In this document: positions 25,649 to 38,827 of the stretch, piece after piece
Layout of the letters: the number at the start of each line of letters is the position of its first letter
Position numbering within the stretch: position 1 is the stretch's first letter
Assembly (NCBI GenBank): GCA_026026165.1
Contig: JAPEUD010000017.1
Location: 248,001-312,000 of the forward strand
Direction: 5' to 3'
Length of the DNA: 64,000 nt
Origin: Sarea resinae
Lineage: Eukaryota
Position numbers and translations under genes: made by a program
Notes under the pieces: generated by a model
What the model was told of the DNA's origin: nothing
Seen by the model: the letters and a program-made list of their open reading frames with translations, nothing else
Databases searched by the model: none

Positions 25649-26585
25649 GCTGTTTCTTTTCAGCGGGCGATACGAAGTTCGAAGAAAGTACCGAGGGGCT
25701 ACGAGAAGACAGATGCAAAGAATTGCCTTGGTGCCACCGTCACTCGTCGCACTTGGCTCCGCAGATTACCTTTGCGGCAGCGAAGGTAGAAGAGAAAGAG
25801 ACCTTTCGACTGGGCTGATTGACGCTGTTGGCGTTGCTGAGTCCGCGGAATAATAACGATTTAAGAGCGAAATCGTTCTCATTGCATCACACACCGCCAC
25901 CCATCTCGCTCGATGTAATATCACCTTCTCCCGCCCTTATTTTCTTATCTGTTCTTCATTTTCCATACAGTCAACTCGTGTCCCTCTACTTTTTCCAGGA
26001 GCGGGAAAGTGGCGACGGAACATGGGAGTTCACGTTTCTCTCATTCAGCATTATTGTCATTTCGCCTTTATTCTCTTTATCTCGTCTTTTCATCGGTATA
26101 CCTTCATCGGTGGCGGCGCGGCGTGACGGCATTGTGGCTTATTGGCTTAGTTGGCTGGTCGGAGTGGAAAGGGGGTTGGAGTGGGGATTGAATGTGTTTA
26201 TGAATGAGATAAAGCTGGGCATTTGGCGATGATTCCGAAACGTTTCTTTCACTTAATATAGTCGGGCATACTTCGGCACGAATGTGGGCGGGGTGGTTGA
26301 TGTAAGTTAGAAGTGAAGCGGTTTGGAGAAAGTTTAAGGGGGCCGGAAATGGGAAAGTGTACAGACAGAGACAGTCTGAATAAACGCATTTCCAGCAAGG
26401 TAGCGGCGTGTAATTTAAATAGCATCCCATAGCAAATATAAAGCATGGCGGGTATCATACATGCAGAAAACCAACACATCGCATCTCACTTTAGTCAAGA
26501 GGCTCACTCCAGTAGCCGGTCCCAACGTGCTGGGGATACATGACAGCCTAGACCTTGATAGCCTAGACCTTGATCTTTGACCGAC

Positions 26586-29080
26586 TCAAATGGTAAGTGT
26601 CCACCAAGGCGCCGGCCCCTCCTCGGGATGACTCTCCGCGTACGTTTCAAACTCGGTTCGCATCTCCTTCGCTTTTCGGAACAGGTCGTCGAAATTCTTG
26701 TATTGCAATGGCCGGCCCACGCGGCCGTAGGTTTGCAGGATCTGGTCGTAGCGATTGGACCCCGTGAATAGCTGAAGCCCGTCCATGAGCGCTGTCAACT
26801 CCTCGTCCGACCATTTCTCTTCCCCGGGAGACCAGTCATCTCTAGACATATCCGCGGCGCTAACCGATATGCCGTTCCGATGGTTGTGCCGGGCTTTGCC
26901 CGAGTACCCTCGTCGTCCCGTGCGACTGTTGTTTTGTGTGGGCATGACGAGATCCATGATCGGTGGTGAAGAATTGTAAGGGTAGAAGTGTTTCCTTTGC
27001 AAGAGTCTGGACAGCTCTCGCGCTTCGTCCTTTGCTCTGATCTGGGCTAGCTGCTTATTGAGGGTCAAGTGTCTTTCGTCCTTCAGACGCAGTTCTTCGG
27101 CGCGTTTGCGTGCGGCTTCTTCCTCCGCTGCCTCGTAGCTCAATTGGAGCGCTTGTTCTTCTTCCTTGCGCCGTGAATCTTTGCTGCGCTTCTCTAATTC
27201 TTTGTTCAACACGTCTCTGATGGAGCGAATTGAAGGGTAAACATGTTGGCGAGAGGGGTTGATCAAATGGAGGGCCGAATCTAGCTTGACTTGCCATAGC
27301 TCTCTTGTGTGATTGGCTCGCTCGTAAAGCGAGCAAATAAGGTCTGTGATTTTTGTGATCTCCGAAAGCGATGTCGTGTCAATGTGGTCCATTTTCCCGT
27401 GGTATCCGATAGCTGCTAAGAGAAGGTGGACCATTCCCGGGATGGCGTGGGCAAAGATGTCCTGAATCATCTCCGTCTTCTTGTCGCCAGCGTATTCGTC
27501 AAAACTACTGATGACGTTCTCGATATCGTCTAGCTTTTCTTGAACACTGAGAAGGCTCTCGGCAAGAGCTGTCTCTGACACCGCGCTAGGGTCCTGCTCG
27601 GCAAGACGTTGATAAGTCTTCTCGGCATCCAGGGCGGAAGAGACAAGCTCCTCGATCGTTTTCGTCCCTAGAACGATCCTGTGTCGGATATTTCGCTCGC
27701 CTACCCGCTGCACGCCGATTTCGTTGAGAGCCTCAAGTGCTTTCTTCAGATTTCGTCGCTGACCATATAGAGAGCCTAGCGTCCCGACAAGCTCAATTCG
27801 ATAGTAGTCATCCACATTCTCTGTCTCACTTTCTTCGCCGTCTACTCCGTCATCCTGTCCTTCGACATACGGGTCGTCCTCGACATTGTTCAAGGTCTCT
27901 TCAACTTCTGCGGCCTCAACATCGGCCTCTTCGGGTGCCTCCTGTTCGCGCCCATTAGATTGGGGTGACATGGATTTATTGATTGTTGATCCTCTTCTGG
28001 GCACCCGAGAGGTAGATTGCTGGGGCGGAATATGCTCAACAGCTTTCTTCCTCGTACGTGTGCCCTTTTGCTTCGAGGATGATGACGGCTGCCGTGACTT
28101 AGTTTTCATCGATTTGCTGGACCTAGTTCGAGGAATCACCGGCACTTTGGTCCCTTCGGTAGCAGAATTGTCTTTCACTGGGCGCCTTCTCCTTAGGTTA
28201 TGATGGCCAGCAGGCTCCCCATCCTCTGGCTCGGTAGACTGTACGGATTTACGTGGAGCCCTCTTGCCGCCAGTCTTCTGCTTTTTCACGAGATGCTCCT
28301 CATGATCTTCATCATTCCGACGGGCTGAGCCTCGTGTCACCCTAGGTGCCGTCATGTTTTCGTATATATGAGCGGGCCTCGCTAATGCCTTCTTTTGTCT
28401 GCCACTTTCGCCTGCACCAACAGTGGCCCTACTGGTTGCGTTTGAAGATGCTCTCTGCGCCTGACTAGAAGTAACCTTCACTGGGGGGGTGGAACGAGGC
28501 TTAGATGCTTCAGGACTTGGTGTACGCTTTCGTTTTCCCGTGCCGGTTTGAGAAGTTTCGGGCGTTGCAGAATCTCTGTCTTCCTCAGATGGACTTCTGG
28601 CTACGAGGGGAACCTGAGTGTCAAATGCATCCTTAATCGATGGACTGCTGGGTATTTCTGGAGATGCTGTCCTCCCGGCCGGCGCCTTTGTCGACGAAAC
28701 GTGAGCGATTATCGAGTGCAACAGACTTTGAAATGCGCCACCTTGTTGTGGAGCATCAGGCGTTTGTCGTTGTTCAGGCGGTGATCTTGGGGTAGGAATA
28801 CCCCCAGAGTCAATCACTTGAATGTCTAGAGAGTCGCTTATTTAGAAGAGTATTGGAGAAACATGAAAGGGCTCCTGCCTTCATCTCCTTCGTCCACCTG
28901 GTCTTCTGCTCCCTCCTCTTGCACTTCTTCCTCGTCCTCGTCCTCGTCTATTACCTGAGCTAGATTGGCTTCTGGCGTATTCGGGCTTGGAGAGGAAGGA
29001 ATGACAGGAAAAACGCCCTGGCCAGGATGTTTGACTCGGCGCGCGTGAGGTGTTAACGACGGAGACGGAGCTCGTGCCAT
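26586..29080 (-). CDS. Large low-complexity nuclear protein with a C-terminal Myb/SANT-like domain
   Basis: 743-aa ORF plus a probable first exon from ATG 29080 (MARAPSPS). It has basic and acidic tracts, a coiled coil, and C-terminal WSDEELTALMDGLQLFTG...YDQILQTYG...LFRKAKEM. Confidence 0.75.
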
Positions 29081-29215
29081 TGCGTTTCTTTCGGCGTGTG
29101 TACCGTAGACGCTCGTCTGGTGAGAGCGAAATGAGGGCAGGATCAGGAAAAAGCTCTTTCTGAAAGACAGTCCTTTGCCTCTAGCTTCCTTCTCTCTCAC
29201 CAAGGCATGCTTGTG

Positions 29216-29263
29216 ATCTGAGGTCGTAATCTGAGGTCGTAATCTGAGGTCGTGATCTCAGGT
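29216..29263. repeat. 13-nt tandem repeat (ATCTGAGGTCGTA x3 plus variant) in the divergent promoter
   Basis: Direct reading; (ACAGCTC)x4 also lies at about 29507-29534. Confidence 0.85.
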
Positions 29264-29563
29264 GGGTGTTGTCGTCGTCGTTGTCGTTGTTGTCTCTTCC
29301 TATCGCGTCAGGTATGTAATCGCGTAGCCGAGTAATACGAGTACAATAGGTACGAGGTTGTGCTACCTACTTACTGCGCAGTACTAGGTACCTTACTAAG
29401 TTACCTTACCTTACTGCGCAGTACGTGCTAAGATACTCTAGTCGCTTCGTCATACCTCAGGTCAAGCTCAAGGTCAAAAGACCGAAAGCTCCAGGGCTCA
29501 CGACTTACAGCTCACAGCTCACAGCTCACAGCTCAGACCAAGACGCCGTGAAGACCCTTCACA

Positions 29564-31277
29564 ATGTCGATTGCTGAACAGAGTACCGTCCCCTTCTCCC
29601 CTTTACCCTCATCCACTTCCTCTTCCTCTTCCTCTTCTGCACCGTCACTACAAGCTCTGGGTCCGTCCGAATCGCACGTCTTCATCACCCCCGCGAAGCG
29701 CATCAACGATGGCCAGGACGTCACTGCCTTTCTCACATCCAAAGCTTACCATGACCTTATTACGTTTCTTCTCCAACTAAATGCTTCCATGTTCCCATGC
29801 CTCGTCACAACTGACGGAGCGCAATCTGATGCCGTTCAGACGTGGGAGCTCGGAAGCCCAGCTATCATCACGTCTGACATAGTCAAGAGACTCAGGGAGC
29901 TGCTTAGCAGGCTGGAGGAAAGAATTGATGAAGCCCCTCCAGACATGGGTCCTCGAAGGTTCGGCAACGTAAGCTTCAGGAAATGGTATCAGTTAATTGA
30001 AGAGGCACTGCCGCAATTATTGAGCGATTGCTTACCAGCCGAATTGCTTTCGCGTGGGAAGGATCATCCAGGAGGTGTCACGGCAAAGGATGAGCTACAC
30101 GCTTATCTCATGGGTAGCTTTGGCAGCGCGCAAAGGCTGGACTATGGAACAGGGCATGAGCTGAGCTTCCTAGCCTTTCTGGGATGCATCTGGAAGCTTG
30201 GCGGATTTGCAAAGGCTGAGCCAGGCGTCGAGGAGAGAGGCATCGTCCTCGGCGTCTTTGAACCGTATGTAATTAGTCAAAATGCAGTTCATTCTGTGCT
30301 ACTTGGCTGGTCCATCTTCTGATATGTGAGAATTTTCAGATATCTTCATCTCGTGCGTCGCCTTATCAAAACATACACCCTCGAACCCGCGGGCTCCCAT
30401 GGTGTATGGGGACTAGACGATCATTCCTTTATCCCCTACATCTTTGGCTCTGCGCAGTTTGCTCCGCCCATGACCAGTCTGGACCATTTGCCCGCCGAAG
30501 GATCACTACCCAGTGCACCTGATCCGGCTGGAGTGTCAAAAGCCAACATCGTGGAAAGGGAGCGGGGGCGGAACATGTACTTTGCCGCGGTAGGCTTCAT
30601 ATACGATGTCAAAAAGGGCCCTTTCTGGGAGCACAGTCCGATTCTCTATGATATATCAGGCGTACGTGCTGGATGGGCCAAAATCAATAAGGTAATATCG
30701 TCGTTCGCTCTAGAAAGTCAATAAAGACTGATATTTGTGCTTGAACCAGGGTATGATCAAGATGTATAACGCAGAAGTGCTCTCCAAATTTCCCGTGGTC
30801 CAGCATTTCCCATTCGGCTCGCTTTTCAAGTGGGAGCAAGATCCCAACGCCATACCACCACCGTCCACGGCGCACACGTCAAGCCAGCCCTCAGCTGGGC
30901 TCTCGGCTTCAGACCAGGCAAGCCATGCTTCATTGAGAGCACCCCGCCAGGAAAGTACCAAAGCGCCATGGGCAAGCTCGCATTCCGCAGCAGCAACACC
31001 AGCACCATCATCGACCGCTAGCACTGGTGCAACGGCTGCTCCCTGGGCGAGACAAGCGGCTGCACCAAGCGCCGCCGTACCAGACAGAGGCAATGAACCG
31101 TCCACCCGCGCTCCCTGGGCCAGTCAGACTGCAGGGCGATCTCCCGCGGGCCTGTCCCAGACAGCGTCTCCTCCCATGCGTGCACCTTGGGCAGACAGTC
31201 GTGCTGCCTCTACGGCTACTCAGCGTGGAATGTCTACAACGGAAGCACCTTGGGCGAAGTCTCCTGGCCAAGGATAG
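29564..31277 (+). CDS. RRD1: PP2A phosphatase activator (PTPA), Rrd1-type, 3 exons
   Basis: Motifs [55 protein letters not shown] and [20 protein letters not shown]. Confidence 0.93.
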
Positions 31278-32979
31278 TAATGATGCCTGAAAGGTGAGAG
31301 GAGAGCGCGATGCATTCCTTTCGATCATTCAGGTCGGGTGCAGAGCTTGGCATATGGATCTGGGCAGCATGGGCGGCGTTGTTTTTACATGAGCGTGGCT
31401 TTTTGGGTCTTCTTCACGGACGCGAACGATGATGAGAGTCCCGTAGAATAATGTGTCCAGGAACCAATGATGCTTCAGATCAGGGTACATTGGCTTCTCT
31501 TGAACTCAACTTTGTAATGGATCTTGTAGGATGGAGGAGATTGACGATGCAGGCAGGGTGGCCACCGGCATCACTAGCCGCCGTTGAGCCGTTCTCGCCT
31601 CCTGCGTAGTTTCGTCGGTTGGCGGCATTTCACAGTCTACCTAGTGCCTGGACCCTGCATCAGCCAGGTTGCGAATGCGTATTTCCACCTCCTGCAGGGC
31701 CGAGTCCTTGGCTACCTTGATCAGCACCAGCGTGTGCACTGCTGTGATGCCTCACCACGAAGATTGTTTGATTAAGGGGCATCCCTGGAAGCATATCATG
31801 TAGACACAGCCAGGGGATCCATCGGGACCGGTAGAAGCTCACTATCTCTCATCTCTGTGGGGATGAGGGAAGACGCAGCAGGTCTGGGATTTGAAGGGGC
31901 TGCATGTAAGGGACTGAGGGCAGAGGGCGAGTATTCCGTAGTAGTAGCAGCCAGGCTTGTTCCTATCACTTTGGAAGAGGCTGTCGTTCAGCCGGATCCG
32001 GGATCGATACACTACCTAGGCAGGTACCTGAGGTACGAAGTAGCCCGTACGGCGTACACGGCGTTGCGTACTGACCTACCACTACCACCTCCTGTAAGCT
32101 CCAACCCGTACTCAGTACTTGGTGATGTGCAGAGGACGCGGTACATTGGATGTACTCTACGAGGTTGCGGCAATAAGCACAACAATCATGTCGGCCTCGG
32201 TCCGACAAGGGGCAATGGGTGCACGCACCAGAATAGAAGGAAGGCGCTCGCACGTATCAACAAGGGATCGATCAGAGAGGTCCGAAGAATCCACCCTCTT
32301 CATCTCCACATCGACTGTTGCTGGGGCCCCGTCGCACCTGGAGACTGATCGCGCCCTCTGTGGTTCGAGATGGAAGGGCCATCATGATAATGGATGAATA
32401 CCTTCTGGATCCATGGATGTCAGACGCTATTTCCTCATCCGGGAATATTCCGGTCATCTGGCAGCTGGCGATATCCATCCACGCATGGATACGGCGGGTG
32501 GATTGCAGCTGCCGGTATGCTCCAGCTCGCCCGCCCAAGCCCAGCCGGCGCGACCCGCGGCCATGTACTCATAGTATTCGATTCGTATTTATTGTCATTT
32601 CCCATTTCCCATCCCCTCTGACCGCTGACCTCTGCCCTCTGACCCCCATCTGACCCCGTGCTCTCGCTCGGCCTCACCGCAGCCAGCACAGCCACTAAGC
32701 ACGACGTGCTTCTGTCTGCTTCTGCTCCTGCCTCTGCCTCTGCCTCTGCCTCTCCAGCTGCCTCGTCTTTTCCCCGTCATCTGCATTCTCGCCGAACACC
32801 TCAGCTGCAGCAACAAGCAACAAATAACAAACAACATCAACATCAACATCGACAAATCTACTCCTCCTCTCCATCTCATCCCCATCAACTCTCCTTGAGT
32901 ACGGTAGCATCCCTACTCGAGCCTCTCTTATCGGCATCCTCCAAGACCTATCACAACCACACCCCATCCTACCGTCAAG

Positions 32980-33719
32980 ATGCCTGGCGTCCGTAAGTTG
33001 AACGCTCCCCATCTCGATGCCTGAGTCCCCTCAAGCTTCATCTCCCTCCTTCACGTCTCACGCTTCTCTTTCTCGAAGCCAACGTACCCCTTCCGCATCA
33101 TCCCTCCTTGCCCCCTTCAACAAGCCCATCGAACCGCAGCCTCACCCACTTGCTTTCTGTCCGCTTCCACTGCAAACTCGCAGCCTGCCATCATGCCTCT
33201 GACTCCTGAACACCTCCGACGCTGATGATCATGTGCGCCAACTGATAGCCTTGAACGCAGTCGATTCGGTCAAGAAGGCCTTCAAGGGTCTCTTCAAGAA
33301 GAATAAGAAGAGCAAGACCGAAGACAAGCCCGCCGAGACTGCTCCTGCCGCAACGACAACCGAGGCTGCTAAGCCTACGGGAACAGAGGCCGCTGCTGCT
33401 CCAGCTGGTATGACTCCCTCTCTTCACCTTTCATTACTTGCCCCCCAAATCTGCCAGCATCTCCATGCTATTCATCCATCCATGCTATCCTCTGGAAGAT
33501 TGCTGACTCAGATCCTCTCAACCCCTAGCGACCGAAGCCCCAGCTGCAACTGAAAGTGCCCCTGCGGCCACCGAGGCAGCCCCTGCTGCGGAGACTGTCG
33601 AGCCGAAACCGGAAGCGCCCGCCGCTCCTGCCCCCACCGAAGGTGTCTCAGCAACGTCTGGTCCGCTCGAAGATAACCCGGTCGAGGCGCCCAAGGCCGA
33701 GCCCACCCCTGCTGCATAG
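32980..33719 (+). CDS. Small (116 aa) protein with a basic amphipathic N-terminus and an Ala/Pro/Glu/Thr-rich tail; 3 exons, not captured as one ORF
   Basis: Exons 32980-32992, 33261-33407 and 33529-33719 with GTAAGT/GTATGA donors and CTGAY branch sites give MPGVLDSVKKAFKGLFKKNKKSKTEDKPAETAPAA...AEPTPAA*. Codon usage is strongly biased. Confidence 0.8.
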
Positions 33720-35032
33720 GAAGATGTCCAGCCCTCCGTCTTGCCGGTCAGTCCATGCTCCCCTCTACCGCGATGTGCTTGTTCGTCTGCTGAACCACGT
33801 TGTCGCTTCCTAGGCTCTGCTCCTCTTGCCGTGATCTTTGGACCAGTAATTCCTTACCTCAAATGGAGGCATAATACCCATACTGTCGTTTACAATTCGT
33901 CGTTCGTCGTTTAGAGAGGTGGATATGGTATGGGCATGTTTTGTTCCCGCGAGTGAGAAAGAACGCTTTGGCTATCATTCCGTTCCGTCCGCTGTACTCG
34001 ACGGTAGACAAGGACTCAAGCAAGACATGCATGCCATGCACGCAAGCATGAATGCCTACCTTATTGGAGGACTCTAGTCTGGTGGTCTTTTCATAGTGCG
34101 CTTTTTAGTGGTTTTCTTTTCAGTGATTTTACAATACCCCCATACCCCCATCGGCCACTCAGTCAGTCAGCTCAGCATCGTTCTCATTGATTCACTTATA
34201 TCGGCAGCCTTAGTCAAGTCGTCGATGACTTTTCTTGAGCCTCGTCATTTGAAGATTATTGTAATGTCGTGTTTCCTTGACACCCCTTTTGCACTCATTG
34301 AAGCAGAAGGAAACAAAGAAAGTTTTATTTTGTGCTATTGAATCACCCCTCCCGTTCCCTTGGTTGCATGCATGCTTCTTGCGGTGATAGAAGGAAAATC
34401 CGGTGCAAAAGTTGATGTGCTCCAGATGCTTTAGATGCTGCCTGCCTCCTGCATGCCCGTGTGTCCTCCCACCTTCCTCCGATCATCTCCCTCGGCTCGC
34501 GCTGCCCCGAGGAAAGCGAAGGGCGAGGAAGAAAGAGAACGTGAAAAGATAAAAAGACGTCAGGAAATGCGAAGCCATTCGTGTGACCGGATCTGCCATC
34601 GAAGTCGCTAGAGAAAAAAAGAAAGAAAGAAATGGGTAGGAACCAAGATCAACAAGCCATAGCGCCATGGGTATCCCGGTAACGCCAGGCATGCCGCTAA
34701 TGAACCAGGAAAGGAGCTGGATGTCAACAGAATGAAGGAAGGTGTAGTGCAACACTATCACCAGCCTGTCATGTCAGCCATGCAGCATTCCGTCGACATT
34801 TGGTAGCCAGCGAGAAGAAAAGAAGAAAGAAAGAAAAAGGCAGGAGTCAAGGGAAGGCCATGAAAAATGAAACAAGAAAGGGAAGACAATAAGAAGGTAA
34901 GCACGCCAGCACTTCGATTTCCAAAGCGAACAACGAGCCGAGTAAACAGCTGAAGAGCGAGGAAGACCCCGGGCAGGAGTAGACGGAAAACGTACTAGAA
35001 CCCTTCCTATCATATTCTCGCTTAATATCCTT

Positions 35033-37205
35033 TCACTTCCCGACGCCCATATTCTCTCCATCTCCGCCAGCCACGGCTCCAACATTGATCGATTCAACCA
35101 TCTCGACATCCCCATCATCGTCCTCTTGGTTAATCGCATGAGACCTCCCTTCGAGTTGTTGCTGGTTGAACGATTGCTGATAGTCGGGGTGGGAGTGTTG
35201 CGATTCTGGAATCCCCACGTGATGTTGGATATCGTTCAGGAGATTATCGAGCCTGAGCTTAAGCCCATCATCAATGGTTGACGCCCGCGAATCATACGAA
35301 GGCGAAGGGAATCGGTATAGACCGCTGGGACTGGTTACCAAGGCATTGGAACGACCTGTGACATGGCCCTCGGACTCGGCTCCGAGGGATCTGTTTTCTG
35401 AGAGGACAGATTGAGAGCGAGGTGGGTAGTTCGTGCCGCCACGAGAGCGGCGGGGCAGATCCTCAACAGCAGCGTAATTCTCTTGGGTTTCGTTGGAAAA
35501 TTGCGTTCCGCTGCTGGCGTGTTGGTGATCTTGAAGGTTGCTGCTCTGTTGGTGTTGCTGGTCGTCAAGCTCGCCTCCGCTGGTCGTTGCGAGGGGATAC
35601 AAATTCCCGGGCTGATGTTCGGCAAGGGCACCGAGGGTTTTGTCATCATCTTCCGCCCACGCAGATTCAAGTTTCATAAGAGGAGGGTAGGGCGCGTCGA
35701 GGAGGTCATTGGAAGATCTAGTGAATGACAGTCAATCATCACTTGAAAGAGTAAATTGTTTAGGCAGGGGAGAGGTAGAGGAAAACTCACTGCAGCCCCA
35801 TCTTCTCCACCTGCTTGATATGATCTCTCCACGCCTGGCCCTTCTCCTTGATCCGCTTCCGGGCTGACTGGCGGGACCACTTTCTCTCCATCTTCGCGAG
35901 CATGAGTGCATCTTTGCCCCACTCGGCTGCTGCCGCCTCGGCAATGAGCGCCGGCTTGATCTCGTTGTCTTCCATGATCAGCTCGACAGTGTCTTCGATT
36001 TGTTGAAGCGAGTGTGAGATGCCAAAGCGGGCATAAAACGTGTCGTGGAGTTCTTCGATGTTCATGCCGTTGAGGCGGTGGCAGAGGATGTATGCGAGCT
36101 GCTCGTACGTCCAGGTTCCGCGCTGGTTATTCTGAACAGGTCGGGACCAGGGAAGCTGAGGGGCAATCGACTGGGCTGGAGCGTGGGGAGCTTGCTGCGT
36201 TTCGCCCTGGCCGTGACCGTATCCGACGAAGCCTTGGACGTATTCATCAAAATGGTTGGCATTTTCCCATGGTCGATCCACGCGCTGGGAGTCTCCAACT
36301 GAATTCCTCGAACGAGTATTTTGAGTATTCGGTTGCCCGTTGGGCAGAGCGCGCAGTGGAGTGTCATCGATGCTTGCTTGCTGTTGAGCGCTAGAAGTGT
36401 CGATGCTGTTGTCGCCGACGGGACTGGGACTGGTATCACCGAAGTAGATGCTGGAGTTGGCCCAAGCACGCTTGAAAGTCGGGGCAAGTTCGATCATCGC
36501 GGCAGCCTCGGCGGCCTTTTTTTCCCTTCGCATGATAGACGCCATGGACGCGACGGTTTCGATGTTGCGCGCACCGGGAAACTGATTGTCGAAAGCCAAC
36601 CACAGGTCCGTTCTCCTGAGGCCGACCCGTTGCGAATGAAAGCAGACAAAGGCCTTTTGTTCGCTGGTCCAGGCAGACCTCTCCACTCCAGGATTTGGTT
36701 CTGACCGGTGGCTCTGGCTCGCGGGGGCCATGGCTGCGGGCGGAGACTCTGGGTGGGCGACTCTCGGCGGGGAATCTGGTGCGGGACGAGCAAAGTTGTT
36801 CTGATAAGCTCGATTCACGACGTCGACCGGATTGTAGGCCTGCCAGGCGGCAAACCAGGGATAGCGCTGTGCTTGCTCCAACAGCCTGGGGCCGTCGTCT
36901 GGCGTTAATCGAAGGAGGTACAGTTTGCTGCTGACGGCTGTGGCCGGGCGATAGATGCCAAATTGCGCACCCAGCATCACAGCAATGAGTTCATACTTGA
37001 CGCCGCGAGCGCGCAGGAAGAGAAGAAAACTCGTCTGCTCATCGGTCCAGTAGGTCGGGCTGTTCCTTCTGGTCTGGGCGGTGTTAGCAATGGGGGCAGA
37101 GTCTACTTCGGTGAGGGAATCGGCCGAGTTCACAAGCAGAGGGGTGGTCGCTGCTGAGGGATGGGTGAGCGGAGGCTCAACGTTCTCGTGATAAGGCGAC
37201 GACAT
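35033..37205 (-). CDS. Uncharacterised protein with three Myb/HTH-like W-T-x-E-Q repeats, 2 exons
   Basis: ORFs 35787-37259 and 35033-35677 join in frame through intron 35790-35718 (GTGAGT...CTAG). ATG at 37205; TATATATA at about 37270-37279. Confidence 0.75.
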
Positions 37206-38152
37206 GGTTTCGAGCACTTTATCATCGTCGATATGTTGTTTCTGGGCGGGGGGCTGCACGCGGCGCGACTATATATATACGTGTAGATTTATGCCCTCCC
37301 GTCATCAGACGCCAACAACACAGGCCGTGAATGAGGTGGCCCGAGGCCGTGAATGAGAACCCAATCTGGAAACCTCACGACTGTTTACCTCCCTTCGTCC
37401 ACCTGCCGAGGAAGCTGCGATGCGTAGGTAAGATGGGGAAGGTGGGCTTGATCTTCTCACTTGCCGTCACTGCCATTACTTCTTTTCTCTCACTTCTATT
37501 CTGTCATTTCTGTCACTTCTGTCACCTCCGTCAATTCTGCCCTTTCTATCTTATCAGACATGTCACTTGATTTCACGGCTTTCTCTCTACTCCTGTCCAC
37601 GTTCCTCTCTGATGTACGAGGAGGTTTAGTAGGTAGATAGTAGGTAGGTAGTCAGGCGTCCACCTTATATCGTAGCAATGACAGCAACGTCGAATATCGA
37701 CGTGCCGTAAATGGTTCAATCGACATCTCTGCACATTGAAAGAAGCCAAGATCCATTGCATGTTGCAAGGCTTCAGCGTCACGACGACCGGTATCTGATC
37801 CATCCGTTGACTTCCACTTCAGTAAGTCGCTCGGCGCCAGAATTGATTGCATTGATCTCATTCGCTTATCCAAGCGCCGGGCGTTGATCAACTCGGGCTA
37901 GACTCGACTGAGATGAATGGAACCTACTATGTACAGTACGCGGTCCGGCAGTAGGCCAGGAGACAAGGGCATCAATCTGGATGAGTAAGGCAGCAGAGCA
38001 TCAGGTAGTACTACATAGGATGAGTAGAGGCCATTTACTTGGAACGGGCTAGGGACCGCAATTGAGGAGATGCGATCGAGGAGTATGTAGACTGCAATAT
38101 CTGTGACGGGTCCAGTGGAGAGCTCGCATCGGAAAAGGGTGAAGCTGAAGTG

Positions 38153-38180
38153 AAGAGAGAGAGAGAGAGAGAGAGAGAGA
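38153..38180. repeat. (GA)n microsatellite
   Basis: Direct reading. Confidence 0.9.
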
Positions 38181-38827
38181 TACCGACACAGGAGTAGGTA
38201 GTAGTAGGTAAGGTAGGTAGGCAGGTATGCGCTTCACCTGGTCGCCAGAACATCCAAGTGACTGCCTTTCGTTCTTCACTTGATCTCACCTCTCCACCTC
38301 TCACCGATAGATCATTGACGGCATCGACATTCACTCGTCCAGCATCACCATCATCGCCATCATCAACATCATCATCATCATCATAACAACACCCGTGCTT
38401 CGTGTGAAGTTACATACGACCAACACCAACACTACCACCATCACCATCACTACTACTTATCGCTAATAGCCATCCATGTAGAGAGAGTATCAGGCAGGCA
38501 AAGGTAGTCGAGGCCCGACAACTTCACGTCCGTCCATTCATTCACTCGTTCAGCCATTCGACCTCCGTCCACCTTCCCCATTCTCGCAATCTACTTCACG
38601 TCCGGATCTCGTCGGCAACCAGCGTCGACATCGCTCGCTCTCAACAGCAGCGATCGGACATATAGAGGGAGGGAACATATATCGTCTCACGGACGGCAAC
38701 ATACTTCGATGGTCCTCCAGCATAGGTCCAGAGTCGCCTGTGTCGTGGGTTCTCCGGAGCTCGGAGTATATCGCAACTGGTTGTGCGTCAGGGGAAGCTC
38801 CGCATTCTTGGAGCTCCATTCCTCCCA

